A DNA stretch of 63,671 bases, the filler included, from Octopus bimaculoides (lineage: Eukaryota), in assembly GCF_001194135.2 (NCBI RefSeq). It is 8 parts of 6 records of this genome, joined end to end, with 100 filler letters (N's around TTAATTAATTAA, not from the genome) between each part and the next. Parts side by side here need not be neighbours in the genome. Positions count along the whole stretch, not along the records: positions 58,995 to 62,491 come from NC_068983.1; positions 62,592 to 63,671 come from NW_026322399.1; 6 more parts are not named here. One strand, given 5' to 3'. This document shows, piece by piece, positions 62,111-63,671 of the stretch. A program made the translations under genes and the position numbers. Each line of letters begins with the position of its first letter. Position 1 is the first letter of the stretch. The notes beneath the pieces are model-generated. The model was not told the origin of the DNA. It saw nothing but the letters and a program-made list of their open reading frames with translations, and did not search any database.

Positions 62111-62432
62111 AAGTAAGTATACAGGTAACCTTTCAAGGGAAACAACTCCTATTTTACATCCTGAAATACATAGATATATACATTGACGTATGGACAGTGA
62201 CATTGTGGAGCTGTGTTCTCTTCCACTCTCTCCCTCTCCCTCTCCCACTCTCTTCCTCTCTCTCACTCTCTCTTTCGCTGCTCTACAAGCGTCAAGTTAA
62301 ATATACTTCTTGTGTACGTCTTCATTGTTCGTTGCTTTTTTTTTGTTTTTTATCCGTTTGAATTATTTATTTGCATTGGCTATACATATATAAACTATAT
62401 ATACATATAGATACATACATATATATATATAT

Positions 62433-62463
<31 letters not shown>

Positions 62464-62617
62464 CATATGTATCTATATATATATATATATANNNNNNNNN
62501 NNNNNNNNNNNNNNNNNNNNNNNNNNNNNNNNNNNTTAATTAATTAANNNNNNNNNNNNNNNNNNNNNNNNNNNNNNNNNNNNNNNNNNNNTATATATAT
62601 ATATATATATATATATA

Positions 62618-63294
62618 AGGAGGGTGGGGCAGAATGAGCAAAATTTACTGCATTTTGGACTTTGGGAAAAAATATATCTCACACAAACTCTATCAGCTAA
62701 GCAAATGACTTTCTCTCAATGTATTAAAAACACTATTTCAGAAAACTATTAACGTTTTCTTTGAGCATATAAAAGACAAATTTAGCTGGGGTAAAATGAG
62801 TAAGATAAAATAAGGTAAATTCCCCTTTCAATTCTCCAGAATTACATCTGAAAAAAAAAAAAAAAAACATCATCCACCTCAATATCCATCCTTAGACATC
62901 AGAAATGCAACAAAAATTTAAAATATCTAGGTCAAATGAAAGAGGATCATGGAAAAATGGCAGAGTAGGAAATTAACGAAGCTCAACTAAATCTAAAAGC
63001 TCAACGTTAAATATTCTCTATAATTTCTTCACGATCTGCTAAAGTAGATGTCTTCTTGATACAGTTATGCCCCATTATTAAAATTAGTCATTACTCATTT
63101 TGCCCCATTTATCAAATTAGACATGAGTATGTGAAACAGTTGACTTGAAACCCAACAGAAAAAAAAAATACTGACCAGTTTTTACTCTCAAAGATGAGGC
63201 AACAGTACAAAATAATGCAGTACTTGCAATGTAACAATATCAAACAGGTAGGGAGAAATGACAAGTCAGTTACCAATTTTGCCCCATCCCACCT
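62618..63294. mobile_element. pogo/Tc1-type MITE in (TA)n
   Basis: Termini AGGAGGGTGGGGCAGAATG and CAATTTTGCCCCATCCCACCT. Internal GGGGTAAAATGAGTAA / TTACTCATTTTGCCCC repeats. TA flanks. Confidence 0.7.
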
Positions 63295-63308
63295 ATATAT
63301 ATATATAT

Positions 63309-63671
63309 ATCATCATCATCATCGTTTAACGTCCGCTTTCCATGCTAGCATGGGTTGGACGATTTGACTGAGGACTGGTGAAACCGGATGGCAACACCAG
63401 GCTCCAGTCTGATTTGGCAGAGTTTCTACAGCTGGATGCCCTTCCTAACGCCAACCACTCAGAGAGTGTAGTGGGTGCTTTTACGTGTCACCCGCACGAA
63501 AACGGCCACGCTCGAAATGGTGTCTTTTATGTGCCACCCGCACAAGCCAGTCCAGTGGCACTGGCAACGATCTCGCTCGAAAATCCTACGAGAACCAGTC
63601 AGGCGGTACTGGCAACGGCCACGCACTGGCAACGATCTTACTTGGCTTGCCGGGTCTTCTCACGCACAGCA
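63309..63671 (-). mobile_element. RTE-tail repeat (family E) 3' part with internal short tandem repeats
   Basis: Ends (minus) GCATGGAAAGCGGACGTTAAACGATGATGATG. Contains GGATGCCCTTCCTAACGCCAACC and repeated CACTGGCAACG / CACCCGCAC. Confidence 0.7.

Overview
AT-rich (invertebrate) eukaryotic genomic DNA from a gapped draft assembly. The SINE and LINE families and the microsatellite load look like an Octopus/coleoid cephalopod, which is my inference from recalled repeat motifs, not a database result. There is no intact long ORF. Almost all ORFs in the track are artefacts of N-gaps, microsatellites or satellite DNA. The window is a mosaic of: (i) microsatellites; (ii) at least four tRNA-derived SINE families; (iii) 5'-truncated restriction-like-endonuclease (R4/Dong-type) LINEs sitting in (AAT)n tracts; (iv) decayed RTE, CR1-like and Tx1-like LINE ends; (v) several Penelope-like element (PLE) fragments; (vi) Tc1/mariner, hAT and unclassified MITEs; (vii) a ~8-kb complex, hairpin-rich 20-bp satellite with higher-order structure (20.4-28.3 kb). 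The most notable signal is a hammerhead-ribozyme/PLE system. A non-coding ~890-bp element has inverted termini that each carry a type-I hammerhead (37.4-38.3 kb). A tRNA-headed SINE has a 3' tail that is a PLE pLTR with a hammerhead core (14.0-14.4 kb), and it matches the leader of an autonomous-type PLE elsewhere in this window (61.7 kb). A few isolated exon-like segments may belong to a host gene but cannot be assigned.
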